A DNA stretch of 64,000 nt, from the NCBI GenBank assembly GCA_951406725.2, contig OX597830.1, forward strand, positions 56,606,001 to 56,670,000, in the 5' to 3' direction. Positions 1 to 13,449 of this stretch are shown here, piece after piece. Numbering within the stretch: position 1 is the stretch's first letter; each line of letters opens with the position of its first letter. The notes beneath the pieces were generated by a model. The model did no database searches and was not told the DNA's origin. It saw only the letters and a program-made list of their open reading frames with translations. The stretch comes from Octopus vulgaris (taxonomy: Eukaryota). A program made the translations under genes and the position numbers.

Positions 1-404
1 TGATGCTTGAGTTTGAGCTGTAATATGCATGGTAGTGTGATGTGACTCTTGAATACAGAAAACTTGTGAATGTGAGAAAGAAATAAAGCAAAGAATGTTC
101 TGATAGATGTAAAACCAGCAGCATAGCTAAAGTGATTTTCACCCAGAGCAGCCCTTGAGTTTGCCATCTCCTGTTACTTCAATATAGTCTACCCAAAAGT
201 CCTGCCCCCCATGAAAGTATCAACCAAGGTGGACTGGTCCCCTTCACTACTGTGTATAATATCAGTGTGCATGAATACCAAAGCAGAAATAAACTGATAG
301 AAAAACTGGATATATATATATATATATATCATCATCATCATCATTTTCATTTTAAAATCCACTTTTCTATGTTTTCGTGATTTGGATGGAATTTGTTGAG
401 GCAG

Positions 405-470
<66 letters not shown>

Positions 471-489
<19 letters not shown>

Positions 490-2845
490 AAACATTGTGT
501 ACAGTGCTCAGGTGCACTACAACTCATCTAAAGTGTATATATAATCAGGTGTAGTTTCGGCAGATTTCGGAAAGCATGAGGGCCTTAAAGGATGCAGTGT
601 CATGGCAGTCAATAACTGACGCAGACAGTTTGTTCCATGCTTCAGCAACTCTGAGCGTGAAAAAATGTTTCCGAAAGTCATGGGAGCTGTGTTGTTTTCT
701 GACTTTGTAGTCATGTTAGACACATGAAGATCAAAAAGGTGTTCAGTGTTGTTGTTGGTGAGGCGGTTGATAACTTTGTGGGTGTTTACCAAGTCCATCG
801 CCGGCCGGAGCTTCAGTGAATCCATGCCCAGGGAAACAAGGCGCTCAGAGTATGGTAGGTATCTGATGGAGGGTATGCATTTGATTGCACGTCTCTGAAC
901 AGATTCCAGGAGGTCAATGTTCTGAGCAAGATAGGGGTTCCAAACTGATGATGTGAATTCCAAGTGTGGTCGTACCATAGCTGTATACAGTTTTAAATAG
1001 ATGGCTGGAGAGCAGCTAACAAAAGTCTTGCTGAGTGATGCCAAGACACCCTCAGCCTTCTTGACAATTTTAGAGATATGCTTTGTCCAACGCAAATCAC
1101 TGCTGACAGTGATGCCTAGGTCACGCTCGCAAGAGGATTTCTTGATATCAGTGTTGTGGAGGGAGTATGTGGACGCAGGGTTTTTCTCCCAAAATGCATG
1201 GTGGTACACTTGTCCACAGCCAGTTTCAGTTGCCAGTCTGTGATCCATTGCTGCATTGTGTCCAGGTCTGATTGCAGGAAAGAGCTGTAGACAACAGGAT
1301 CTGTCCTCTTGATTTCAAGGTACAGTTTGATGTCGTCTGCATATTTCAATACTGTGGCATTCTTTAAATTGGCATCTATGTCATTAATGTATGCCACAAA
1401 CAAGAGGGGACCAAGGACAGATCCCTGTGGTACACCCGATGACATCTCATATGGTGTAGAATGCTGTCCTAGAACTGTGACTACCTCCTTTCGGCTGAGA
1501 ATGAAGGATTTCAACCAGTTAAAAAGATCATCCCTCACACCCATTGCAGAGAGTTTCACCATAAGCCTTTTGTGTGGCACAGAGTTGAAAGCCTTAGCAA
1601 AGTCAAGGTAGACAACATCCACCCATGAGCCACTGTCAGTGATCTGAGTAATGTCCTCAAGGAACTTGACAAGCTGATCACTGCAGCTGGAGTTAGGGAC
1701 AAATCCATATTGTGAGGGTCGGATGAGACTGTGTGAGCTCCAGAAGTTCCAAAGTGTTTCTCTGACACACGATTCCATCAGTTTTGCAATACAGCTAGTG
1801 AGACTGACTGGGCGATAGTTGACAGGTGATGTGCAGTCGCCCTTTTTGAACAGAGGAATGACACTGGCAGTTTTCCACTAAAAAACTGGTGTAAAAGGAA
1901 GTACCTGCCACGTTTGAGAAGCAGGTATGTAACTCCATCAAGACCAGGGGAGGCATAGTTGCACTTATTTTGAAGGTGACATTGCAGCATTGCAGGTGTA
2001 AATTCCATAGTTGTTATGGAATTTGCTGTTAGAGATGGTGAAGATGGTACATTTTGACTTTCAACAGTGAATATGTTTGCATAGCACTCGGCAATGAGTT
2101 CTGCGCATTCCTTGGGATCGTCAGTGATCTGGTTTGTGTGAGGGTTGCGAAGAGGGCCCACTGGAGAGTGAGGTCTCTGCTTCGAATGCACACATTTCCA
2201 GAAAACCTTGCTGTCAGGATTGGCTGCTAGGCACTGTTCAAATTCAAGCACTGCTTTTTTTGTCACTTGCTTGAGATGGTTGGAAGATTTATTCCACTTT
2301 TTCTTGTTGGTGTCTGATTTATGCAACTTGTATTCCCGTTCAGCAGTCCAACGTCCCTTCCTGGCAAGTCGGACCGCTGAAGTTTCCCAAATTGCACTTT
2401 TGGGGCGGTTCTTCTTTTTCTGTTTACGTGGCACTGATGCTGCACATGCTGCCCATATTGAGTCCAGGATTCTCTGGAGTATAGTATTCACATCTCCAGA
2501 GGTGTAGAATTCATGCCAGTTTGGGTGCTGTAATTCAGTGTGGTACAGGTTCCAATCTGCTCTCTTCCAATCGAAGGAAGCAGATTGGAGATGGTTCAGG
2601 TTTTTGTTGTTGCCCGCAAGAGAAGATTGGTGATGATCATAGCATGATCAGAGTCGCCTAGAGGTTCCTCCGTAGTACAATTGATAACTGTTTCAGGAGT
2701 TGTGGTGAAGAGCAGGTCCAAGGTGTTGTCGCCTCTTGTTGGAGAGGTGACTACTTGTGACCAGTTTGAGTCCAGCAAAAGCTCAACGAAATCGTTTGCA
2801 CTCTGTGGCCAGGATGATTGATCTCAGGATGATTGAAATCGCCTG
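471..2845 (-). mobile_element. CR1-clade LINE, 5'-truncated, frameshifted ORF2 (endonuclease end, RT, 3' UTR, (TAA)n tail)
   Basis: ORF pieces carry AGDFNHP and SDHAMI (APE endonuclease), YLDFAKAFNSVPH, GVPQGSVLGP, KYADD and VRPHLEF; tail at 471-488. Confidence 0.92.
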
Positions 2846-2858
2846 CAATAAAAACATA

Positions 2859-2937
<79 letters not shown>

Positions 2938-2999
2938 CATATAGAAACACACACACACACATATTTAAAAACATACATATTAAATATGCATGTATTCAT

Positions 3000-3297
3000 G
3001 AATTCTGCTTTGATTAATGATGTGCTCAAGACACCACTGGATAGGACCCTGCATGCCAATCTCTTCAATAGCACCATCCCACTTGTACTCCAATAAACAC
3101 GTAAGACATAAGCTATTAATAATAAGGAAGAGTATGGTTGGCTTGGATATAGAAGGCCATGAAATGATGCATGTTAAGAATGTCGTTACAAGAACATATC
3201 AAAAACGAGGTAATTAGAGAACATAATGAAGTGAATAATATGACTGTGGAATATTGAAAATGCAAGTTCCACTGGGTTGGACATGTCACAAGGATCC
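3000..3297 (+). mobile_element. Degraded RTE-like LINE C-terminal fragment
   Basis: Pieces resembling NEVIRE and KFHWVGHVTR across frames. Confidence 0.55.
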
Positions 3298-4384
3298 TGA
3301 GTAGTTGTCAATTAGTATCCTAGAGATAGAAAGGGAAAATAAAAATTGAATAAAGAATCATAAATTATTACTTTATATCCCTTCTTTATTCAATTTTTAT
3401 TCTCCCTCTCTATCTATTTTTCACTCTTTACTCTATCTATTTTAATTTATTTATGTTAATTTATTCATTTTTATTTATAATTTTTATGTACCATAGCATT
3501 AAGTAAATGTTCTTATAGATCTTTTAACTATTTCGATTTTGTAGTAATTTATCGCCTGATTGTCTTCCACCTTAACTATACATTAGTAACTATGCATATT
3601 TGAATTAAACTCTACATACTAGGTTTCCCTCTCTCTCTTTCGGAGAGGCACTGAGCAGCTATACGCACACATACACACATGGCAGTAACTCCCGCCTACC
3701 GAATTCAATCACAAAGCTCCGATCGGCTCGGGGCTATAGCGGAAGACACCTACCCATAGTGCCATGCAGTGGGACTGAACCTGAAACCATATAGCTAGGA
3801 AGCAAGCTCCTTAACCACACAGCCATGCAATATGAATAGATATAAAAGCACAATATGACATTTTTTTTTACCAATTACATCAACTGGAGTTTTATTATAT
3901 GTAACACCCCAGATGAATATATTGTTTTACAACTCTATTATACACAACCTTACTCACTTGCTAAGGGCTTTACCACTTGTGTACTATGTTCTTGGTGTGT
4001 AGATTTTTATTAGTTAATGGTTTACACCATTTACTCAATATGAGGTAATTGAACACCTACTTTGTACACCTTTATCTACCTCTGAAGAGATTCGACTTTC
4101 AAATGATTTTTAATTTAATTAATTTTCTAAGAGCTGACTTGAAACAGGTAAGATGTTTGTCAATTTTTTTGATTAATAAATAATAATTTATTAATTACCT
4201 TTCTATTCTCTCATCTTATTATGATGATAAATAAAATATATATAAACCATGGTTTATATAGTTACCTTGCAGTGGAGTATTAAATAGAATGTTCAATATT
4301 CTTTGTATAGGTCACTAACCAGTACTTTCATAGGATTTCGCTATCCCTGAATGAGGTTTGTAACCTTTAATTGTGCTTCTGTTA

Positions 4385-4420
<36 letters not shown>

Positions 4421-4958
4421 CCTTCCTTCTTGTGACACTTGTGAAGACCTGTTGAGGCAAGTGAAAATCAATCAAAACAAATCAAAATAGATGAACATCA
4501 ATGGAATTTGTATCTTTGTGGTACCAGTGCCGGTGGCACACAAGAAAACCATCCGAACGTGGCCGTAGCCAGTACCGCATCGACTGGCCTCCGTGCTGCG
4601 GGCACGTAACAAACACCATCTGATCGTGGCCGTTCGCCAGCCTCATCTGGCACCTGTGTCGGTGGCACATAAAAACACCATCCGAGCGTGGTCGTCTGCC
4701 AGCCTCGTCTGGCACCTGTGTCGGTGGCACATAAAAAAACACCATCCGAGCGTGGCCGTTCGCCAGCCTCGTCTGGCACCTGTGTCGGTGGCACATAAAA
4801 TCACCCACTACACTCTCGGAGTGGTTGGCGTTAGGAAGGGCATCCAGCTGTAGAAACACTGCCAGATCTGACTGGCCTGGTGCAGCCTTCGGGCTCCCCA
4901 GACCCCAGTTGAACCGTCCAACCCATGCTAGCATGGAAAACGGACGCTAAATGAATGA

Positions 4959-4962
<4 letters not shown>
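4421..4962 (+). mobile_element. Non-autonomous retroposon with internal ~58-bp tandem units and (GAT)n tail
   Basis: Shared 3' block GGCGTTAGGAAGGGCATCCAGCTGTAGAAAC...CATGCTAGCATGGAAAACGGACG seen in 10 or more copies in the window. Confidence 0.8.
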
Positions 4963-5004
<42 letters not shown>

Positions 5005-5766
5005 TTGATGTTAAGGTGGGTATCTTGGCCATAGGATCCAAGCCAAAAAGATGAAACATATAAGAAAAATGAGGTCTTTGGATCTAACAAGGAGTGCAAC
5101 AATAACCAATCCATCCAACCTATGTCAGTATAGAAACTGGAAATGAAAACGATGATGATAATGATGATGACGATGATGATGGCAATGACAAGGGAGATGC
5201 TACAGCTGCTGTTGCTGCTGTTGAGGACAATGATGAGTATGGTGGTGGTGGTGGTGGTGGTGGCGGTGGTGGTGCTGCTGGTAGTGGTGGCAGTAGCATT
5301 GATGATGGTGGTGGTGGTGGTGAAAATGATGATGATGATGAGGATAATAATGATGATGTTGGTTTTGGTGGTGGTGATGGTTTTGGTGGTAATGACGATT
5401 ATGATGCTGATGCGGACAATAGTGGTGACGGTTGTGACTTTTATTCTTATAACCCTGTTTTTTCTTTAACATTATCACATTGATCAGTAAGTCATAAACA
5501 TACCATAAACGCCATTGTATCCAATATTTTATTAGTTTTTTTCACTTTAATTCATTTTATGGCATTGTCCACCATATGGAATTCTTCATCTTTTCCCTTT
5601 TATATTGATTATGTGTGTGTGTGTGTATATATATACATATATATTATGTATATATTATATAATTACACACACACACACACACACACAAACATATACATAC
5701 ATATACTTACACACACACATGCGCGCACACAAATGCGCGCACACAAATGCGCGCACACAAATGCAT

Positions 5767-5807
<41 letters not shown>

Positions 5808-6200
5808 TACACATGTATATATATTGTTTTGTACTTTTAAGGCAATATCTATATCATTGGCATGCATGTAAAGATAGATATTGCATGTTGTCAGAATGAA
5901 GCCACAAATTTTATGGGTAGCAACTCAATAATTATCAGACAAGTTTCATGTGCAATATATATATATATATATAATTTGATTTGATAGTAATGTTCTTTGT
6001 TATAATAACAACAACAGTTGGACTAGGAAAGTACTTAGAAACAAAAATATGAAAACTACAACATGTAATAAAGCAACACAAGTAAAAGAAAATGCTTTTC
6101 TCTATATATACAAGGTAACAAAATACAAATCAGAAACAATCTACACTGATAAACTGATCTCAGATGACAACATAGCAAAAATGGTTAATGAAACAAGAAA

Positions 6201-6800
6201 CATCATCATCATCATCATCATCATCGTTTAACATCCGTTTTCCATGCTAGCATGGGTTCGACGGTTCGACCGGGGTCTGGGAAACCAGGAGGCTGCACCA
6301 GGCTCCAGTCTGATCTGGCAGTGTTTCTACAGCTGGATGCCCTTCCTAACACCTACCACTCCATGTGTGTAGGGGATACTTTTTACGTGCCACCAGCACA
6401 GGGGCCAGAGGAGGCTGGCAAACGGCCACGATCGGTTGGTGCTTTTACATGTCACCGACACAGATGCCAGTCTAGGCGGTGCTGGCATCTGCCACGTTCA
6501 GACGGTGCCTTTAACATGTCATCGGCACGAGTATCTTAACTACAGTTTCCATTTGATTTTCATTTTGATGTTGGTGTTAACGTACTTGACTCAATAGGTC
6601 TCCTCAAGAACAGTAAGTCACTCTATGATCCAAGGTTAGTACAGCAGATCATCCTGTGAGCCATGAACTCACTTCATTTGTCGGGTCTTCACAGTCACAG
6701 TATATCTCAGAGGTCTCTGTCTTCGTCATTTCCTCTGTGAGACCCTACGTGCCACCGACACTGATATCGCAACTACCATATCCATACGATTTTTATTTTG
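6201..6800 (-). mobile_element. Same (GAT)n-tailed retroposon family
   Basis: (CAT)n followed by the reverse complement of the conserved 3' block. Confidence 0.78.
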
Positions 6801-6822
6801 ATGTTAATGAACTTGATGTTAA

Positions 6823-8300
6823 TGAACGTGGCAGGCACTTCCTTTTACACCAGCTTTCTATTTTCTTCCAGTACTGTCTCAACAATGGTGCTACTCCGGA
6901 GCAGTGGAAAACTGCCAGTGTCATTCCTCTGTTCAAAAAGGGCGACCGCACATCACCTGTCAACTATCGCCCAGTCAGTCTCACTAGCTGTATTGCAAAA
7001 CTGATGGAATCGTGTGTCAGAGAAACACTCTGGAACTTCTGGAGCTCTCACAGTCTCATCCGACCCTCACAATATGGATTTGTCCCTAACTCCAGCTGCA
7101 GTGACCAGCTTGTCGAGTTCCTTGAGGACATTACTCAGATTACTGACAGTGGCTCATGGGTGGATGTTGTCTACCTTGACTTTGCTAAGGCTTTCAACTC
7201 TGTGCCACACAAAAGGCTTATGGTGAAACTCTCTGCAATGGGTGTGGGGGATGACCTTTTTAACTGGTTGAAATCCTTCATCCTCAGCCGAAAGGAGGTA
7301 GTCACAGTTCTAGGACAGCACTCTACACCATATGAGATGTCATCGGGTGTACCACAGGGATCTGTCCTTGGTCCCCTCTTGTTTGTGGCATACATTAACG
7401 ACATAGATGCCAATTTAAAGAATGCCACAGTATTGAAATATGCAGACGACATCAAACTGTACCTTGAAATCAAGAGGACAGATCCTGATGTCTACAACTC
7501 TTTCCTGCAATCAGACCTAGACACAATGCAGCAATGGATCACAGACTGGCAACTGAAACTGGCTGTGGACAAGTGTACCACCATACATTTTGGGAGAAAA
7601 AACCCTGCGTTCACATACTCCCTCCACAACACTGATATCAAGAAATCCTCTTGTGAGCGTGACCTAGGCATCACTGTCAGCAGTGATTTGCGTTGGTCAA
7701 AGCATATCTCTAAGATTGTCAGGAAGGCCGAGGGTGTCTTGGCATCACTCAGCAGGTCTTTTGTTAGCCGCTCTCCAGCCATCTATTTAAAACTGTATAC
7801 AGCTATGGTACGACCACACTTGGAATTCACATCATCAGTTTGGAACCCCTATCTTGCACAGAACATTGACCTCCTGGAATCTGTCCAGAGACGTGCAACC
7901 AAACGCATACCCTCCATCAGACACCTACCATATTCTGAGCGCCTTGTTTCCCTGGGCATGGATTCACTGAAGCTCCGGCGTTTGGCGACGGACTTGGTAA
8001 ACACCCACAAAGTTATCAACCACCTCACCAACAACAACACTGAACACCTTTTTGATCTCCATGTGTCTAACACACGTGGACATGCCTACAAAGTCAGAAA
8101 ACAATACAGCTCCCATGACTTTCGGAAACATTTTTTCACGCTCAGAGTTGCTGAAGCATGGAATAAACTGCCTGCGTCAGTTGTTGACTGCCATGACACT
8201 GCATCTTTTAAGGCCCTCATGCTTTCCGAAATCCACCGAAACTACACCTGATTATATATACACTTTAGATGAGTTGTAGTGCACCTGAGCACTGTACACA

Positions 8301-8342
<42 letters not shown>
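6823..8342 (+). mobile_element. CR1-clade LINE, 5'-truncated, RT domain still open to the stop at 8251
   Basis: NYRPVSLTS, YLDFAKAF, GVPQGSVLGP, YADD, TRGHAYKV, WNKLP; (ATT)n tail 8301-8342; near-identical to the minus copy at 481-1915. Confidence 0.95.
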
Positions 8343-9140
8343 GACACAATAGGTCTCAGAATAACAAAACATACTAAAGAAGAAATGGAGAGAAAAATCA
8401 TTCCATGGCCAATACCCTGCAAAACTTGATAGGGTAGAAGTGAGCCTAATGGTTCAAGAGCTGACAATGGTTCAAAACCTCTAGACTAAAAGCCAAAACA
8501 GAAGGACTGATTCTTGCTGTACAAGGCCAATGCCTGACCACAAACAATTATAGAAGCAAAATAATGAATCAGGCCCTAACACCAAATGCAGAATATGCAA
8601 CCAGCACAATAAAATAGCTGACCACATCGTCTCTGGTTGCCCAGTCCTTGCCAAATCTGAATATATATACAGACATGACCGAGTAAGCAGTTTTATCCAC
8701 TGGATAATATGCCAACACTACAACATTAAAACTGACAAAGATAGTATAAACATGTGCCAAACAAGTTACAAGACAATGACCCGGCCACAATCACCTGGGA
8801 TATGCTGGTTTAAACCGACAAAGAAATATAAGATAAATCTCATACATTATAATCAAGAATTGGTGGGGAAAAAACCTACCTGCTTACTGATAAATATTGC
8901 AGTCCTTTCTGATCAAAATATTGCTCCAAAAGAAGTGATGAAATTGTCACAGTACAAAGACCTCGAAACTGAAGTATTGAAGATGTTGGGCATGAAGGTG
9001 AAGACAATACCAGTAATAATTGGAGCGTTGGGCATGATAAAAAAAAACGAGCTATACTTGGATCTTTAACACTACACACTGTCCAAACATAGCCCAGGTA
9101 AGAACAGCATACATCCTACGCAAGACACTATCAATCTAGT
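8343..9140 (+). mobile_element. R4/Dong-like non-LTR retrotransposon C-terminal fragment (zinc knuckle and RLE endonuclease), disrupted
   Basis: KAKTEGLILAVQ, CRICNQ...HIVSGCPVLA, YKDLETEV, IPVIIGALG. Confidence 0.8.
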
Positions 9141-9749
9141 AATACAAGCTAAACAAAACAACCCACAAACACAAGACACACTCTATACAGCAATAACCAA
9201 TGAAATAAACTTCCACCACCAATGCACTCAACACACAAACAAAACAATAATACAACAAAAGACTGCACCACACCTCAAGAGGAAAAAATCTGACACAATA
9301 CAATACTGAGAAGGGTTTGCACACCCCCAACAACAGAAAAGAACTACACACGTCACAGCAACACAGAGGTGTAGCAGTAAAAATTTGCCTGAAACTGCCA
9401 AATGTTGAACAATTATAATGATGATGATGATTATGATGATGATGATGATTATGGCAGTGGTGGTGGTTGTGGCAACAACAACAATAATAATGATACTTTA
9501 AAATCAGTTCATTTCATTGTATTAAGTTAGTCTAAGGTCGTTGACACTTATTTAAATATCAAGCTCTCTTAAATTGCTATTAATTTGATTTAATGTATTA
9601 CTGGACAGATTAATTAAAAATTAAACTTTTCTAACTTTAATATCATAATATGTGCAATCTTTGCTTTGGAAATACTATCTTAAAATAAATTGTGACTTGA
9701 ATTGACAGAATTAATCGTGTGACAAGAGAAAACACTAAAATGTCATTTA

Positions 9750-10255
9750 TTTCATTAGATTTAATTTTATTTTAGTCTGGTTTGGTTTGGTTTGTAGGAA
9801 GGTGCTCTGTCCCATGGCTTCTGCAGGCCCTTTGTACCTGATGAAATTGATGCCATTAATGTTCCACTGTATATGTTCTAACAATTTTGTGGTTGTCTGC
9901 TTGTTTGGATATTTGAAAGATGACAAGTGGTTATACAATCTTTGCTTAAATCATCCCTGCATTATACTGATATAACATTTTTTCACACTGGAGTGCGACC
10001 TCTACTTCATATATAACTGATGAAATGTTGTGCATCCTGGTCAAGAGGTGTCTATCTTTCTACAGAAACTTCCTGGTTCTATAATCGGTATGGTTTTTGG
10101 TTGCTATTATTGATTCCATATTAGGAGCAAGAATAGCTGATTTTAATATGTCAGTTGAAGATCTTATAATGTTGCTCTGTTAGGAAATGTCTGTTCACCA
10201 AGACAAATAATTCCATACTTATATTAGTCTTAACATTTAATGAGAAAGGAAATGC
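9750..10255 (-). mobile_element. Penelope-like element GIY-YIG endonuclease relic
   Basis: Minus-strand KISYSC, SVIYEVEV and YISIMQG*FKQRLYNHLSSF. Confidence 0.7.
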
Positions 10256-10269
10256 AAATCAAATAATTT

Positions 10270-10849
10270 AATAATAATAATAATAATAATAATGAAATTA
10301 TTGTATACAGTGCTCAGGTGCACCACAACTTGTCAAAAGTGTGTATAAAGCATATGCAGTAATGTAGAAATGTCTGGAAAGTGAACAGTGTACTAGTCAG
10401 ATACATGCTTGCATGTGTATGGAGGGGGGAAAATCAGGTGTAGTGCTGGCGAATCTCAGGAAGCATGGAAGTTTTGAAGGATGCAGTGCTCCAACAACTA
10501 ACAACTGATGCCGGCAGTTTGTTCCATGCTTCAGCAACTCTTAGCAGGAAAAAAATGTTTCCGAAAGTCATGGGAGCTGTGCTGTTTTCTGACTTTGTAA
10601 ACATGTCCACAGGTGTTAGACAGGTGGAGTTTGAAAAGGTGCTCAGAGCTATTGTTAGTAAGATGGTTGATAACTTTATGGGTGTCTGCCAAGTCAGCTG
10701 CCAGATGTCGGAGTTTCAATGTATCCATGTCCAGGGAGGTAAGGCATTCAGAATATGGCAAATGCCTGATGGAGGGTATTCTCTTGGTTGCACGTCGCTG
10801 AACGGTTTCCAGACGATTAATATCCTGGGCAAGACAGGGGTTCCAGATG

Positions 10850-10850
<1 letters not shown>
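10270..10850 (-). mobile_element. CR1 3' fragment, second subfamily with longer 3' UTR
   Basis: LHLSNTCGHVYKVRKQHSSHDFRKHFF plus (TAA)n tail. Confidence 0.88.
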
Positions 10851-10885
<35 letters not shown>

Positions 10886-10892
10886 TATCATC

Positions 10893-10951
<59 letters not shown>

Positions 10952-11836
10952 AAGTGGTGAGCTGCCACAATTGTTAGCATGCTAGGCAAAATGCTTAGTA
11001 GCAGCATTTTGTCCATCTTAACGTTTTGAGTTCAAATTATGTCGAGGTCAACTTTGCCTTTCAACCTTTCGGGGTCGATAAATTAAGTACCAATTGAACA
11101 CTGAGGTCGATATAATCCCCCCTTTTGCCTTTGTGGCAAAATTTGAAACCATTATTATTATTATTATTTTTATTATTAGTTCTTCTTTGCCTTTCATTCT
11201 TCCAAGGGTCGATCGATTAAATAAAGTATCAGTCGATAAAATGGACTGTTTGCCTCTCTTCAAATTTCTGACCTTGTGCTTATGTTGGAAACAATTATAA
11301 TTTTCTTTTAAAACTACCCATTCTAACATACTTTTTCTTTAAAATTAAGAATCATTGATTCAGGGGAAACAACTCCTCATCGCGTGACTTGACGTAACAT
11401 AAGGAAACTATTGTAAATAAACAACGATGAGTCATAAAACACCTCATAACTTCGTTTTGTGACACCATACTCTTCACTTCCACGAATCTACGACCGTGGC
11501 TTTATGCGTTTGAGAGACCGGCTAGAAAAAACATTGTAGCTCAAATTGTAGCTTGCTACCAATATGAAAGATAGAATCATTAGATAAGATGGCCTTAGGT
11601 ATATTATGTAAAAGAAAGGATAATATCAGATGATGTATCCTTAAATGACAAGATATTCACGGCTGGACCACTTTAGACTCCTCCCACATCCTTCTCTCCT
11701 TCACCCTGCTGGACCACTAAATTGTCTCTTATGTATCACACCTGCTTCCACCTCTCTCTCTGGCTACTGCAGCCTATCCAAACCCATGTTATCTCTCTCT
11801 TGTCCTCCCACTATCAACTGTATCATTATTACTCTA

Positions 11837-12623
11837 TCTATTTCTTTACTACCCACAAGGGGCTAAACACAGAGGGGACAAACAAGGACAGACAAATGGA
11901 TTAAGTCGATTACATTGACTCCAGTGCGTAACTGGTCCTTAATTTATCAACCCCGAAAGGATGAAAGGCAAAGTTGACCTTGGCGGAATTTGAACTCAGA
12001 ACATAGCGGCAGACGAAATACCTATTTCTTTACTACCCACAAGGGGCTAAACACAGAGAGGACAAACAAGGACAGACAAATGGATTAAGTCGATTACATT
12101 GACCCCAGTACGTAACTGGTCCTTAATTTATCAACCCCGAAAGGATGAAAGGCAAAGTTGACCTTGGCGGAATTTGAACTCAGAACATAGCGGCAGACGA
12201 AATACCTATTTCTTTACTACCCACAAGGGGCTAAACACAGAGAGGACAAACAAGGACAGACAAATAGATTAAGTCGATTACATTGACCCCAGTGCGTAAC
12301 TGGTCCTTAATTTATCAACCCCGAAAGGATGAAAGGCAAAGTTGACCTTGGCGGAATTTGAACTCAGAACATAGCGGCAGACGAAATACCTATTTCTTTA
12401 CTACCCACAAGGGGCTAAACACAGAGAAGACAAACAAGGACAGACAAACGGATTAAGTTGATTATATCGACCCCAGTTCGTAACTGGTTCTTAATTTATC
12501 GACCCCGAAAGGATGAAAGGCAAAGTTGACCTCGGTGGAATTTGAACTCAGAACATAGCGGCAAACAAAATATCGCTAAGCATTTCGTCCAGCATGCTAA
12601 CGTTTCTGCCAGCTCACCGCCTT
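11837..12623 (-). repeat. Tandem array of four ~184-bp tRNA-SINE units under a single 5' head
   Basis: CTATTTCTTTACTACCCAC recurs near 11838, 12022, 12206 and 12390; B-box-like GAGTTCAAATTCC in every unit; head only at ~12575-12622. Confidence 0.9.
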
Positions 12624-13449
12624 CTTTTGCAAAAGTCTACCTTCTCTAACTCATGCATTACATTATGTAACACGATTTTTGTCTTTCAGTAGGAACTGTT
12701 ATTCGCTATTTGCTTATCTTTAAAAAGTATGTAAAATGGCTGGTATTTCCTTCAAACTTTGCTTTTGTTACATTTATTCAAACCCCAAAGAATCCCACTC
12801 AACACATGGCTATGATGTTCTCCCACTACTTCTGCTCATGATAAGAGATGCACATATTGTCAACCACTAAAGGACATGCTCAAGTGGTTGAAGGTTAAGC
12901 AACTGATAGGCATATCTGTGGTATTGAGCAGAATATTTGCTATAACAATATTTCTGCTTCTAAAAGACTATAATAAACAATTTAATTTAGATTGGTTGAT
13001 TCTCTCCATTTCATTCCCATATGATAAATGCAAAGAATTCTGCCAACTCTGTAATTGTGAACTATTTTCTATTATATTTTCTAAGAATCCCCTTGTAAGC
13101 ACATTTATAGAGCATGCTTATTGATGTAAACATTGACAGAAACATACCTTTAGTTCATATAAGTGATATCTACCATTATATATAATTTGAACATTGATTT
13201 TATTCTTACATTTCACTTCTATTTCCAAGCCTTTAAGCTTTTATTTTAATTCACATATCGCTCTATATTTCTTCTTATTAGTTTTCTGCTTATTTCTTTC
13301 CTTTACCCCTTCTTTTTCTATAGGCTACCTTTGACATTATATCTTCTAACGGTTTTTAAAAAGAAACTTAATAGCGTTCTGTTCATCATTATACACATCT
13401 ATCACATTCTGTTAAAATGTCTTATTGATGAGTTTGGTTTCTTTCTTTC

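Noticed and set aside
4078-4155. CTGAAGA...GAAACAGGTA hammerhead-like relic on the + strand
   Set aside because: Stems I and II are too degraded to call.
4620-4800. Similarity of the unit CCAGCCTCGTCTGGCAC to the HDV ribozyme P3/L3 region
   Set aside because: No P1 partner, loop too short, and no J4/2 or P2 arrangement.
5143-5871. Poly-V, poly-H, HT- and YI-repeat ORFs here and across the window
   Set aside because: Translations of microsatellites.
6656-6822. N-terminal ~56 residues of the 531-aa ORF
   Set aside because: Read-through from an adjacent retroposon into a 5'-truncated CR1; not a real gene start.
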